This document shows, piece by piece, positions 50,277 to 59,600 of a stretch of DNA of 64,000 bases. Below the pieces are notes generated by a model. The model made no database searches, was not told where the DNA came from, and worked only from the letters and a program-made list of their open reading frames with translations. The stretch's first letter is position 1; every line of letters starts with the position of its first letter. The position numbers and the translations under genes were made by a program. This DNA is from an uncultured delta proteobacterium (GTDB lineage Bacteria; Desulfobacterota; WTBG01; CAIYCZ01), in the NCBI GenBank assembly GCA_963803975.1, contig CAWDOY010000009.1, positions 1 through 64,000 on the forward strand, in the 5' to 3' direction.

Positions 50277-53138
50277 TTACCCGACCGTTGCCAGGGCCTC
50301 AAGCGGCAGGCGCTCAACCGCAAGCACCTTGTGAAATTTTCCATGTCCGATGCGGGCGATCTCCCGGGCAAGCTGCTCGCCCTGGCTTTCTCCCTGGCTG
50401 ATAAAGATGACTGAGATCTTAATGTCCTTGCGGCTGGTTTTCCCTGCTTCGGTGAGCGCGTGCTGGGTGCCGATGAGTTCTTTCCGCTCCATGCTTATCT
50501 CGCGCGAGTAGGAGACCACGCGCCGGGTGTCGCGGCTTGCGTCCTGTTCTTCGATGAGCGCTGCGTTGGGCTGGCCGTCGGTTATGAGCACGATGTACTT
50601 GGGGTTGCTGTTTTTTTCTTTGAGCAGTATGCGCCGCGCGCAGATGAGGCCGTTGCCGATGTTGGTGTACTGCTCGGCCTTCATGGTCATGGCGGCTTCA
50701 AGGATGGGCTGCATCTTGTCGGTGAGCGGCACCACCACCTGCCCCAGGTTGGAGAATGATACAATGCCCACCCGGTCCTGCTTTGCCAGGGCCGCCTTTG
50801 CCAGTTCCGCGATCGCCATCTTGGCATAGCGCAGCTTGGCATGGTCTTTCATCGATGCTGAGACATCAACGCAGATGGCGACATCAAGCTGCTGCGAGGG
50901 CCTCTTCTCAAACGAGCGCAGGTCCGAGCGGTTGATATCATCAATCGCTTTTCCCTTTCTCATGAGCCGGCGCAGGCTGTGGCGGACCGAGATGTGGCGG
51001 AACACGTCGCCGGTGCGAAAGCGCCGCACATCGCTTTTGTCTATCTCCATTTCCGGCTTGAATGCGCGCCGCGCAAGAGACTGGCTCTGCTGGCGCTTCA
51101 CCAGCTTCTCCAGGAGTTTGCCCAGGGCAAGGCTTGAAAGGGTAAAGCGCTTGCCCCCCTCCCCGAGCGCTACCATCCCCTTCTTTTCCAGGTCGTGGAT
51201 GAGAATTTTCAGCTTCTCGTAATCAATCTTCTGCTGGGAAACTTCCAGCCCCTTTTTTTCGCTCAGGGTGTAGTGCACGTAGAGGTCTTCCAGAGAGGAA
51301 GTCTGGGAGCGGCCCTGGTGCTGAAAGTCCATGAGCTCGGCCAGCATCTCCCCGAGAGCCTTTGGCGGAATGGAAATCTTTTCTCCTTTTGCCCCCGGCG
51401 GCTTGGGCATCCCCTTGGCATTGTTCAGGTATTTGGCAAGCTCTTCAGGGGTTATCTCCCCCGTGGCCAGCATCTCCTCAAGGCTCTTTTTCAAGTGCTT
51501 CTGCCCTTCATCGCTCATCGTCATATCCGAGGAGCCGGAGAGATCAAGGTAGCCCCGGTCTTCAAGCTCTTTCAGCAGGTCCTGGTAGTTTTGCTGCATG
51601 TTATTGAGCAGGCCCTTCTCCATGGCATCTTTTAACGCCTGCTGCACCAGCGGGTGGTTCATCGCTTCCTCGGCAAACCCCGGATTATCAAGCGGCAGCC
51701 CCTCTCCGGGACCAAGCTGGCGCACAGCCGCATCAGTAAGCCCCATGAGGGCCCGGGCAATCTCCTCGGGCGTGAGCGGCCGTGCAGGACCCGGCGCGCG
51801 CTCCTGTGCTTCGGGGAACAGCGGGATGCTATACACCACCCGGCTGATAATGCTTTTCAGGATTTCTGCAATGGAAGCGTCTTCACCGGGGCTCGCCTGA
51901 TTGCGATGGCAGAGCGCAATACAGGCAGCCTCGGCAAGCGTCCTGCGGGTAACCCGCCCGCGCAGCAGCCCGTAGGCCTGGGCAATGTCCCGGGTGGCAA
52001 GGGTGCCGCGCACCCCGCCCGGCCGGGCAATGAGCGGATGGTGCCTGGTTGCCCCGGCTATGGCGCTTGCAAGGCGGTCAACCTCGTCAGGCGACAATTC
52101 CTCGCGCATCCGCTTCTGCAGCAGCTCATCAAGCACTTTTTCCATTTCACCGGACAAACCCGGCACGGTATGTTCACCGCCTGACAGCTCGCACACATCC
52201 AGCGGCGCCATGCGCAGACTACCCTGCTCCTGCGGTTCCGGAAATTTGTATATCTCTCCGTAGAGAGCTTTTTTATCCAGAAATGTTTTTGCCAGCGAAG
52301 GCAGGTCGAGCGCATGGGGCAATGAATACAGCACCAGCACCGTGCTGCCTTTCGCTTTCGCAAACCCTTCGTAGCGGCACAGGTCAAGGAGCCTGCTTAC
52401 CGTGTAGCAGGCCTCGTTGATGGCGTTTTCCCGTTCAAGGTTCAAGTCAAGCCCGGTGGAAAATACCGAGTTCATAAGGCGTGCGGCCTTTTTCCCCAGG
52501 GCCTGCTCGCTGCCGCCTGGATGAGCCTGTTCGGCAAAGAGGTTGTCAGCGGAGGCAAGAAGCTCGCTGTAGGTTTTCTGGTACTGGGAGGAAATGAGAT
52601 GCGGCCGCGCTGCCAGGGGCACGAGCGGAAGCCGTGAGCGATAGCAGTAGGCTGCAAGCTCCGGCAGAAAATCCCCCGGCTGAAAAATGCTTTCTTCATG
52701 GCAGGCCTGGCCCTCGCACAGGCCGACCCGGGCAGGTATCTTCAGGGCATAGAGCAGGGAAAAGCCGTAGTGCAGCGCTGCCCCTGCAGCAGCCGCAGAA
52801 GCATCGATGGCAATGGCTGCAGGCTGCAGCTTCCGTATGAACGGGGCAAGGTATGCCTTTACATTGATGCCGCGGCAGGGATAGGGGATAAAGGTCAGGT
52901 CTCTGACGGTTGCGGTGCGGGAAACATGTTCCGCGTAGGTGCCCTCGAGCCACTGTGATACATAGGAAGCAAGGTCCGGGCTCAGGCGGCGCAGCAGATA
53001 AAGCGGTGCGGCTGCGGTTTCCTCGGGCAGCGGCCCTTTCAGCTTCTTAAGCAGTGCCTGCTCTACATCAGGCAGCCGCGTGCCCCGCCACAGGGCAAGG
53101 CGCAGATCTTCTCTGGTTATGTCAATGGGGGAAACCAT
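50277..53138 (-). CDS. Large VWA-domain protein with an AAA-lid-like segment (ChlD-like C-terminal part)
   Basis: MIDAS DVSASM, DRVGIVSF, TNIGNGL and LITDGQPN; lid-like RPGGVRGTLA...AQAYGLLRGR. Confidence 0.8.
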   Translation of the reverse strand: MVSPIDITREDLRLALWRGTRLPDVEQALLKKLKGPLPEETAAAPLYLLRRLSPDLASYVSQWLEGTYAEHVSRTATVRDLTFIPYPCRGINVKAYLAPFIRKLQPAAIAIDASAAAAGAALHYGFSLLYALKIPARVGLCEGQACHEESIFQPGDFLPELAAYCYRSRLPLVPLAARPHLISSQYQKTYSELLASADNLFAEQAHPGGSEQALGKKAARLMNSVFSTGLDLNLERENAINEACYTVSRLLDLCRYEGFAKAKGSTVLVLYSLPHALDLPSLAKTFLDKKALYGEIYKFPEPQEQGSLRMAPLDVCELSGGEHTVPGLSGEMEKVLDELLQKRMREELSPDEVDRLASAIAGATRHHPLIARPGGVRGTLATRDIAQAYGLLRGRVTRRTLAEAACIALCHRNQASPGEDASIAEILKSIISRVVYSIPLFPEAQERAPGPARPLTPEEIARALMGLTDAAVRQLGPGEGLPLDNPGFAEEAMNHPLVQQALKDAMEKGLLNNMQQNYQDLLKELEDRGYLDLSGSSDMTMSDEGQKHLKKSLEEMLATGEITPEELAKYLNNAKGMPKPPGAKGEKISIPPKALGEMLAELMDFQHQGRSQTSSLEDLYVHYTLSEKKGLEVSQQKIDYEKLKILIHDLEKKGMVALGEGGKRFTLSSLALGKLLEKLVKRQQSQSLARRAFKPEMEIDKSDVRRFRTGDVFRHISVRHSLRRLMRKGKAIDDINRSDLRSFEKRPSQQLDVAICVDVSASMKDHAKLRYAKMAIAELAKAALAKQDRVGIVSFSNLGQVVVPLTDKMQPILEAAMTMKAEQYTNIGNGLICARRILLKEKNSNPKYIVLITDGQPNAALIEEQDASRDTRRVVSYSREISMERKELIGTQHALTEAGKTSRKDIKISVIFISQGESQGEQLAREIARIGHGKFHKVLAVERLPLEALATVG

Positions 53139-53154
53139 GGGGAACAGGTTCTAT

Positions 53155-53304
53155 CAGTTTGTTGAAAAGCTGTTTTTCCCGGGCTGGTCAAAAACATTCA
53201 GATGCAAGGCGCGCGACATCACGAGGAATGAGGCGTACTTCGCAGTACGCTGCAATGACGAGGGATAAGCGCAACGCAGCAGATGGGTGTTTTTCAACAG
53301 CCTG
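53155..53304. mobile_element. 150-bp MITE with 14-bp imperfect TIRs and CTAT target duplication
   Basis: ctat|CAGTTTGTTGAAAA ... TTTTCAACAGCCTG|ctat. TIRs match 12/14; no transposase. Confidence 0.8.
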
Positions 53305-54327
53305 CTATTTCTTTTTTGCCTGCTCGATTACTTTTTCGATAAGCAGGTCCTGCTTGTCGTAGTAGCGGCTTTCCGCGCTCACCACCAGCCGGCCCTGAAG
53401 CACCCTGCGGGCGGCCTTTTCCACGTGCTCGGCTTTCACCTGTTTGACATTTTTCAGCCGGGCCAGGGACTGGGCCTGCTCGTAGATGGAAAGGCTGGTG
53501 CGCACGCTGGGCAGCCGTTCAATTTCCTCGGGCATGGCGCGGGCCGCGTTGGAGATGGCGACCGCGCGGTGCAGCATGTCCTCGGGGACGCTGACCGCAT
53601 CGAGTGTTTTCCCGTACTGTTTCAGGATGGTTACCTCGTCTTCAAAATCCGGGTAGCTGATCCTGATCTCTTCAAACCGGTCAGAGAGGGTTTCGCTCAC
53701 CCGCTCAACGCCGGCAAATTCCTCGGGGTTCTCGGTTGCCACCACCAGCGTGTCAACCTGCGAGGTGAAGTCAAAACCGGCAATGGTGGTGATGCCCTCT
53801 TCCAGAACCTGCACCAGGGTGTTCTGGGTGCGCTGCGGCACGCGGTTGAGCTCATCAATAAACAGGATTTTCCGGTGCGCCTTCTGGATTTTTCCCGGCG
53901 TGAACGCCCGCGGGTCCTGGATGCCCAGGCGCATGGCCATGACCGGGTCAAGGTCGCCCATCAGGTCCTCAGGCATCATTTCGGGCGAGCCCTGGATGCG
54001 CACAAAGCGCTTGCTGCCGGGGGTCTTAACTTTTTTATGGCTCTTTTTGCCGCGGCAGTCCGGGCAGGACGGGTCCTCGGGATAGCAGTTGTAGCGGCAG
54101 TCGGCAATGGTTTCCATGGCCGGAAGAAGGGCGGATATTATCCGCGCCAGGGTGGTCTTGCCGGTGCCCGGCGGCCCCTCGAGCAGCAGGTGCCGGCCTG
54201 CCACCAGCACGGCAAGGATTGCCTCGCGCGTCTGCTCATCACAATAAAACCCTTCAAGCGGATTCTCTTTCTTTGCTACCCGGCCCAGTATGGCCTGCCT
54301 CAATTCCTCGCGCAGTGATTTAGCCAT
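53305..54327 (-). CDS. AAA+ ATPase, MoxR / Mg-chelatase ChlI-like
   Basis: EGPPGTGKTT, LFIDELNR, ATENP and LSDRF; ChlI-like insert DCRYNCYPEDPSCPDC. Confidence 0.9.
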   Translation of the reverse strand: MAKSLREELRQAILGRVAKKENPLEGFYCDEQTREAILAVLVAGRHLLLEGPPGTGKTTLARIISALLPAMETIADCRYNCYPEDPSCPDCRGKKSHKKVKTPGSKRFVRIQGSPEMMPEDLMGDLDPVMAMRLGIQDPRAFTPGKIQKAHRKILFIDELNRVPQRTQNTLVQVLEEGITTIAGFDFTSQVDTLVVATENPEEFAGVERVSETLSDRFEEIRISYPDFEDEVTILKQYGKTLDAVSVPEDMLHRAVAISNAARAMPEEIERLPSVRTSLSIYEQAQSLARLKNVKQVKAEHVEKAARRVLQGRLVVSAESRYYDKQDLLIEKVIEQAKKK

Positions 54328-54426
54328 GGCGAATTAGCTCCCTGAAATGTTTTGGCTTGCAAGCCTGCAAGCCGTCAATCTTATTTCTTCTGTCTATTGC
54401 CTGTTGCCTGGTGCCTGTTGCCTGCT

Positions 54427-54642
54427 TTAGAAACATCCCAGCTGGCAGTTCTGCACCTTGAGTCCGGCCACATCCAGAAAGGCTTTCATTTTGTTCATCT
54501 GGATATTGTTGTCCTCGGCAAACTTCTGCGACTGATAGCAGCTTATCTTGCCATCCTTGGCTAAACTTTTTAATTTGGCCTCAAGCTCCGGGGTCATCCA
54601 GTCCTCTCGTTTCGGGTTTACAAACATGTCTGCTCTGGTCAC
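54427..54642 (-). CDS. Small Cys-containing hypothetical protein
   Basis: AGGAGG RBS with GTG start; DGKISC...KVQNCQLGCF. Confidence 0.75.
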   Translation of the reverse strand: MTRADMFVNPKREDWMTPELEAKLKSLAKDGKISCYQSQKFAEDNNIQMNKMKAFLDVAGLKVQNCQLGCF

Positions 54643-54784
54643 GGTTAAGTCCTCCTGTAAATAGATTAGTTATTTCTTTGATACACCTATAGCATCGCTT
54701 CCGGTAAGCAGTATTGACTTAGGTCAAACAGATGCAAATATTCTTTTTAATACCACACCCCTTTTTTAACTGCCAGGCAATACG

Positions 54785-55000
54785 TTACCGGGCAGGCAAT
54801 TTCCGCCCGCTGGAGCTCTTCTTCTCTTTGGCCTCACATGCAAAGCGAGAACATGTCGAAAGCCACTGAAGTTTCTGCTCAGGATTCAACGCTTTGAACT
54901 CGGTGTGGCCGTCAAAAAGATTATCAGACATGGCGCGCACCAGCTCTCTGAATCTCCCTGTTTCATCAGTAACGTCTTTTTTCTTTCTGCCTGATTTCAT
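54785..55000 (-). CDS. Small partner protein of the nucleotidyltransferase (toxin-antitoxin-like)
   Basis: ATGA overlap with the upstream gene; LNPEQKLQWL motif. Confidence 0.65.
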   Translation of the reverse strand: MKSGRKKKDVTDETGRFRELVRAMSDNLFDGHTEFKALNPEQKLQWLSTCSRFACEAKEKKSSSGRKLPAR

Positions 55001-55521
55001 GACCGATTCCCCTCTTCTCGCAGGAGTTTTTCCAACGCCTGAATGTCAAAGATGTCTTTATCCCGCAAGGGTGTAATTGATCTTTTCAGTTCAAGCAGCT
55101 TCTTTTTAGACAAAAGCTTCACCGTATGTCCACTGATAGCAAGTTGCTCCGCACCACCCTTCAGCGCATTAAACGACAGTTCCTCGGTTAAAAAAATGTC
55201 AACCTGCCGGAAGGGGTTGCTGGTGTCAATAAAGGTAAAAACCAGCGCATTCTTTTCTTCGATAAAAACCCTGCGCTGTTCAGGATCAAGTAATGATTCA
55301 GCAGGAACAGGAGCCCGAGGGGTGAGTTTCAGCTTTTTCATGGCCGCGAGAAATTTTCGCAGATTGTGTGCGGTCATATCTATGGCCAGGTCAATATCCA
55401 TGGTCATGCGCTCAATGCCGTGCAGAACCAGCGCCACCCCACCGCAGATTATAAACCGCACCCCGTCTTCATCAAGTGTTGTAATGATTTCTTTGAGATG
55501 ATTTTTTTCTTGTTCAGCCAT
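54997..55521 (-). CDS. Minimal nucleotidyltransferase (Pol beta superfamily)
   Basis: ICGGVALVLHG..RMTMDID, VDIF and K...RDKDIFD. Confidence 0.85.
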   Translation of the reverse strand: MAEQEKNHLKEIITTLDEDGVRFIICGGVALVLHGIERMTMDIDLAIDMTAHNLRKFLAAMKKLKLTPRAPVPAESLLDPEQRRVFIEEKNALVFTFIDTSNPFRQVDIFLTEELSFNALKGGAEQLAISGHTVKLLSKKKLLELKRSITPLRDKDIFDIQALEKLLREEGNRS

Positions 55522-55538
55522 ACCAGTACTATACCACT

Positions 55539-55956
55539 TTATGTTGAGCTTTCGTGAATCAATATTTCCGTCACGCCCTGCTTCACTATTCTGAATGCCC
55601 GCACCTCCGGCTGCTTCCTGTTTTTCAGGGAGATTATGAAATAGACCGCGTCAGGGTGAAAGGCAAGGCTGATGTCCATGCCCGAGGGGTCTGACAGGGC
55701 CTTTGGGGTGCGAGTGATAAATACCCAGCAGGCTCCCGCTCCCTTCCCCCAGTTCGGTGAATATTTCTACCTGCTCCTCAGGGGACATGAAATAGGAGTC
55801 AGGCGCGGGGTGGACGCTGGTGACGGGGATCACGCGCTCAAAAACACCCTGCTGCCCGATGAGCACCCCGCAGCATTCATTGGGAAGCTCCCGCCGGGCA
55901 TGCTCTATCATGGCGCTGAGCAAATGGGATGAAAGCGTTATTGCTGCATGTTCCAT
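55539..55956 (-). CDS. JAB/MPN (M67) metalloprotease (frame change near 55685)
   Basis: PNECCGVL and GIYHSHP; the other frame continues PSGMD...YFIISL...VRAFRI. Confidence 0.88.
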
Positions 55957-55976
55957 ATTTTCCCCCGGCAAAATAA

Positions 55977-56005
55977 TTGACATATTTTGGGGACTGTGTT
56001 AACTT
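55977..56005 (+). promoter_or_regulatory. Sigma70-type promoter upstream of the riboswitch
   Basis: TTGACA-17 nt-TAACTT with an extended -10 TG. Confidence 0.6.
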
Positions 56006-56042
56006 TGAAATCCTGATAAGGAAGAGAATTTTCAACACATAA

Positions 56043-56125
56043 CAGGCCTTCCGAGCTGCTTGTATACAGGCAGCCGATAAGGCTGAAGCAACCCTTCAGC
56101 CCGCCGTGTTTGCGAAGGAAGCCTG
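56043..56125 (+). ncRNA. Moco/tungsten-cofactor-type riboswitch aptamer (variant lacking P3)
   Basis: TCCGAGC-hairpin-GCCGATAAGG-hairpin with GCAA-CGC CGTGTTT GCG-AAGG, closed by P1 CAGGC(C)TTCC/GGAAGCCTG. Matches my recollection of the Moco RNA motif; no covariance search was run. Confidence 0.72.
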
Positions 56126-56165
56126 CAGGACATTGTCGAGGTGCATGTTCTGTCAGGCTTTTTTT
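56119..56165 (+). terminator. Intrinsic terminator overlapping riboswitch P1
   Basis: AAGCCTGCAGGACAT ... ATGTTCTGTCAGGCTT-TTTTT. Confidence 0.8.
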
Positions 56166-56286
56166 ATGCACGTATTGTATGTGAATTCCTTCCACATTTC
56201 AATTCTAATTGCAAGCATCAGTTTACGCATTATATATAACATAAGCGTACTGCAGATTAATATCCCAATCCACAGAGGAACCATGT

Positions 56287-56758
56287 ATGAAGGCTTTTAC
56301 GTTTAAACCGGAAAAATGCGATCTGTGCCGGAAGTGCGAGGAAGCGTGCGTTGCGGTCTGCGGCCCGGCTCAAGAAAAAGTCATCCGAATATGTCCCCCA
56401 CATACGGGTATTCCAGAGCCCGGAGGGCCCCTATATCAGGCTCTGCAGGCACTGCGAGGAACCGCCCTGTGTTGATGCCTGCATCGGGGAATCCCTGCAG
56501 CGGGGCCCGAACGGGCTGGTCATCCAGGACGAGGAGCGCTGCATCGGCTGCTTCATGTGCAACATGGTCTGCCCGCACGGCGCCATGAAAACCCTCATGA
56601 GCCAGGAAAAGGCGTTCAAGTGCACGCTTATGTGCGGCACCAAAACGCAGCCCACCTGCGTGCTTGCCTGTGACCGGGGAGCCCTGTTCTTTGAAGAGGT
56701 TTCCGCCCATAATAAAAACATCCGACGCGCCAAGCTTAAGGAGTTACCACGAAAATGA
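56287..56758 (+). CDS. 4x[4Fe-4S] electron-transfer subunit, CooF/DmsB-like (frame change near 56370)
   Basis: CDLCRKCEEAC, CRHCEEPPCVDAC, CIGCFMCNMVCP and KCTLMC...PTCVLAC. Confidence 0.9.
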
Positions 56759-58005
56759 AAACCAACGGCAGACAACACCTGATTATCGGCAATTGCATCG
56801 CGGCAGTTTCAGCTGCAGAAGTGCTGCGGAAGCAGAACCCCTCCGACACGATAACCATCATCGGTGATGAAGAGGTCCCCTCCTATTCCCGGTGCCTCAT
56901 TACCTATTATCTCGGGGACATGATAACCCGGAAGCACCTTTTGTCTCACAATGAGAAGTGGTATGCAGACCGGGACATTGACCTGCACCTCTCAACCAGG
57001 GCGCTCTCGGTCGACGCCAAAAAACATACGGTTATTGCCGAGCACAAGGGCAAAAAGAAAAAGTTCGAATATGACAAGCTGCTGGTTGCAACCGGCTCCA
57101 CCCCCATATTTCTTAAAAGCTTTCCCTATGATCCGGCCGGCATTATCGGCATGCGCAACTACCGCGATGCCGAGACCCTGAAGCGCTGGGCAAAGAAGGG
57201 AAAAAAGGCGATCATCATCGGTGCCGGGTTTGTCGGCTTGAAAACAGCCTACGGCCTTGCCAGGCAGGGCGTACAGGCAAAAGTGGTGGAGCTGCTGCCC
57301 ACCGTGCTGGGGCGCATGACCGATCTTGAGGCCAGCGCAAGGATTGTTGAGCGCCTCACCAGCCACAAGCTGATCGAGATTGAGCTCAACAACTCGGTCA
57401 CCGCCACCCGGAAGCAGGGGGACAAATACGTGGTCACCTATCAGAACGGCGCGGAAGAAGCGGCTGACTTTATCGTGGCCTCGGTCGGCGTTAAAGCCTG
57501 TGTCGAGTTTCTCGAAGGCACCGGCGCAGCATTAACGCGCGGGACCCTGCAGGTGAACGAGCGCCAGGAAACCACGGTTGCCGACATCTATGCTGCCGGT
57601 GATGTCTGTATATCTCCCCACATCATTTCCAGAGAATGGATCTATAACGCCATCTGGCCGGTTGCCGCTTCCCAGGGCCGGGTTGCCGCCTATAACATGT
57701 CAGGACAGCCGGCTGCCTATGCCGGCGATATCCCTATGAACAGCGTTGATTTTTTTGAGATGTGGATCACCGCCATCGGCAATGTCCAGGTCGAGGGTGC
57801 TGACATTGAGACGCTAAAATACATCAGCCCGCGCGTGTATCAGAAGGTGTTCATCCAGAAGGGAATCCCGATTGCCTTCATGGCGGTTGGCAATGTGGAC
57901 GGCGCCGGTCTCATCCGCGGCGCAATTGTCGCCGAGATGCCGTGGAAAGAGTTTGTAAAGAAGCCCCAGGCACGGGTGCTGCCAATAGCGGGGGAAGGAA
58001 TGTAA
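56755..58005 (+). CDS. FAD-dependent NAD(P)H oxidoreductase (NADH oxidase / NirB N-terminal family)
   Basis: YSRCLI, YDKLLVATGS, IIGAGFVG, IYAAGDV and QGRVAAYNM; ATGA coupling to the Fe-S gene. Confidence 0.9.
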   Translation: MKTNGRQHLIIGNCIAAVSAAEVLRKQNPSDTITIIGDEEVPSYSRCLITYYLGDMITRKHLLSHNEKWYADRDIDLHLSTRALSVDAKKHTVIAEHKGKKKKFEYDKLLVATGSTPIFLKSFPYDPAGIIGMRNYRDAETLKRWAKKGKKAIIIGAGFVGLKTAYGLARQGVQAKVVELLPTVLGRMTDLEASARIVERLTSHKLIEIELNNSVTATRKQGDKYVVTYQNGAEEAADFIVASVGVKACVEFLEGTGAALTRGTLQVNERQETTVADIYAAGDVCISPHIISREWIYNAIWPVAASQGRVAAYNMSGQPAAYAGDIPMNSVDFFEMWITAIGNVQVEGADIETLKYISPRVYQKVFIQKGIPIAFMAVGNVDGAGLIRGAIVAEMPWKEFVKKPQARVLPIAGEGM

Positions 58006-58016
58006 ATAAAAACCCT

Positions 58017-58130
58017 AATGTCAAAGCTCAAATGACAAATGAATGTCAAATCCTGAATTACCAATGAAACAGGGAGACCACCTTTGACATTTGGATTTCA
58101 TTTGGCATTGGGATTTTGAAATTTGACATT
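58017..58130. repeat. AT-rich imperfect hairpin made of CAAAT/ATTTG units (copy 2)
   Basis: Ends AATGTCAAA/TTTGACATT; shares CAAATGACAAAT and TCATTTGGCATT with 12852-12970. Confidence 0.8.
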
Positions 58131-58165
58131 GTTTAGAATTCAGCTATTTAAATTTAGGATTTCTT

Positions 58166-59104
58166 ATGACCCAAAAAACCACCAGCTCTCCACAGAAGAA
58201 CATCCCCACTGCCCGCGTAAACGGCGTCATGATCAGCCAGTTCCAGCTGGAGTCAGGCGTTGAAGCGCTGCTGAAGCCATACGCGGATGTAAAGGGGAAA
58301 GTGCGCCTCCCCCAGGAGCAGCAGTACGCAGCGCGAAAAGCCGTGCTCGAAAACCTCATCATGCGGGAGCTTCTCTACCAGGAAGCATGCCGCAGGGGTA
58401 TCAAGGCTACGGACGAGGAAATAGAGAAAGTTATGGCTCTGGCAGTGGAAGAAGCCGGCTCCGAGAGGACCTTTAAGGCGATGATGGTGATGACCGGCTC
58501 AAGCCCTGAAGAGTACCGCAGCCAGATGATGAAAGATCTGGCGGTAAATAAAATGGCTGCCTCGGTGGTGGAGGGAAAGAAAAAACCGGTCACTGCGGAA
58601 GAGGCGCGCGCGTACTACGATGAGCATACGGCGGAAATGAGCGGCCCTGAGGCGCGCTGGCTCCTGCATATCATGCTGCCGCTTGATCAGTACGCCGCGG
58701 AGGCTGAAGAAAAAAAAGCGCGGGAGAAGCTCGAAAAGATACGCGCTGCAGGACCCGGCGGGTTTGCAAAAAGTCTGCGCACGCAGGGCGAGGACATGGG
58801 CTATGTCATGCGCGGCCAGCTGCACCCCATCCTTGATTCAGTAGTGTTCTCAACGCCGGCAGGCCAGATTACCCGGGTCATGCGGACCGAAGAGGGCCTG
58901 CATCTGATCCTGGTGAAAGAAGTATTGAAGGCGGGCGAGGTGCGGCCGTTCAATGCCGCCGTGGAAAAAGAGCTGCAGGAAAAGCTCTATGAAATGCGCT
59001 CAGTTGCAATGCTCCAGGAATTTACCGCAAAGCTGCACAAAAAAGCCGAGATAGAAATACTGGATACGTTTGTTGAAGCCCGGCTTGACATGGAGGAGAG
59101 CTGA
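58166..59104 (+). CDS. SurA/PrsA/NifM-like parvulin-domain chaperone lacking a signal peptide
   Basis: ARVNG..I, LENLI.RELLYQEA, HIML, GEDMGY..RGQL and TEEGLHLI. Confidence 0.8.
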   Translation: MTQKTTSSPQKNIPTARVNGVMISQFQLESGVEALLKPYADVKGKVRLPQEQQYAARKAVLENLIMRELLYQEACRRGIKATDEEIEKVMALAVEEAGSERTFKAMMVMTGSSPEEYRSQMMKDLAVNKMAASVVEGKKKPVTAEEARAYYDEHTAEMSGPEARWLLHIMLPLDQYAAEAEEKKAREKLEKIRAAGPGGFAKSLRTQGEDMGYVMRGQLHPILDSVVFSTPAGQITRVMRTEEGLHLILVKEVLKAGEVRPFNAAVEKELQEKLYEMRSVAMLQEFTAKLHKKAEIEILDTFVEARLDMEES

Positions 59105-59165
59105 TATTTAATTGACCTCAATGTATCGGCTGGTGTATAGAGGAATAATTAACGGAAGGTACATT

Positions 59166-59267
59166 ATGCCGAAAAATAACAATATTTTACTTCTAAAAAT
59201 ATGGGCCTCTATCAGCCTTCTCGCTGGTGGGGGCTTTTTATTTGTGGGTTTAGTTGGGACAAAATAA
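59166..59267 (+). CDS. Candidate 33-aa membrane peptide
   Basis: GGAAGGT RBS; MPKNNNILLLKIWASISLLAGGGFLFVGLVGTK*. Confidence 0.35.
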   Translation: MPKNNNILLLKIWASISLLAGGGFLFVGLVGTK

Positions 59268-59405
59268 TATGGGATGTCCCACATTTTTCTGAAGGTGCTG
59301 CCACATTTTCTCTCCCTTGAAATGCCTTGACACCCCACGCCCCCCAGCCTATATTTACTAAAGTACAGAGCGAACATTAACTCCCGAGTCCGGTGGAAAA
59401 TTGCG

Positions 59406-59600
59406 ATGCCGAAAAATGTTATAATGCGTACTCAGAAGAAAAAACCACCCGTACAGAACTCACAGTCGCACAGTGAAGACGGCATTGATCTTACGCTTAT
59501 CCGCTGGATGCTGTCTTTAACACCGGCCCAGAGGCTTCAGGTTTTGCAGCAGAATGTCAGCTCCCTTACGAGGCTGCGTAATGCAAAATACCACGTCTGA
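59406..59600 (+). CDS. Small partner protein of a nucleotidyltransferase
   Basis: GIDLTLIRWMLSLTPAQRLQ; overlaps the next start. Confidence 0.7.
   Translation: MPKNVIMRTQKKKPPVQNSQSHSEDGIDLTLIRWMLSLTPAQRLQVLQQNVSSLTRLRNAKYHV

Noticed and set aside
53287..54318. 343-aa plus-strand ORF, and similar long antisense ORFs such as 2339-3100 and 36165-36839
   Set aside because: These are shadows of well-supported genes on the opposite strand and show no motifs.
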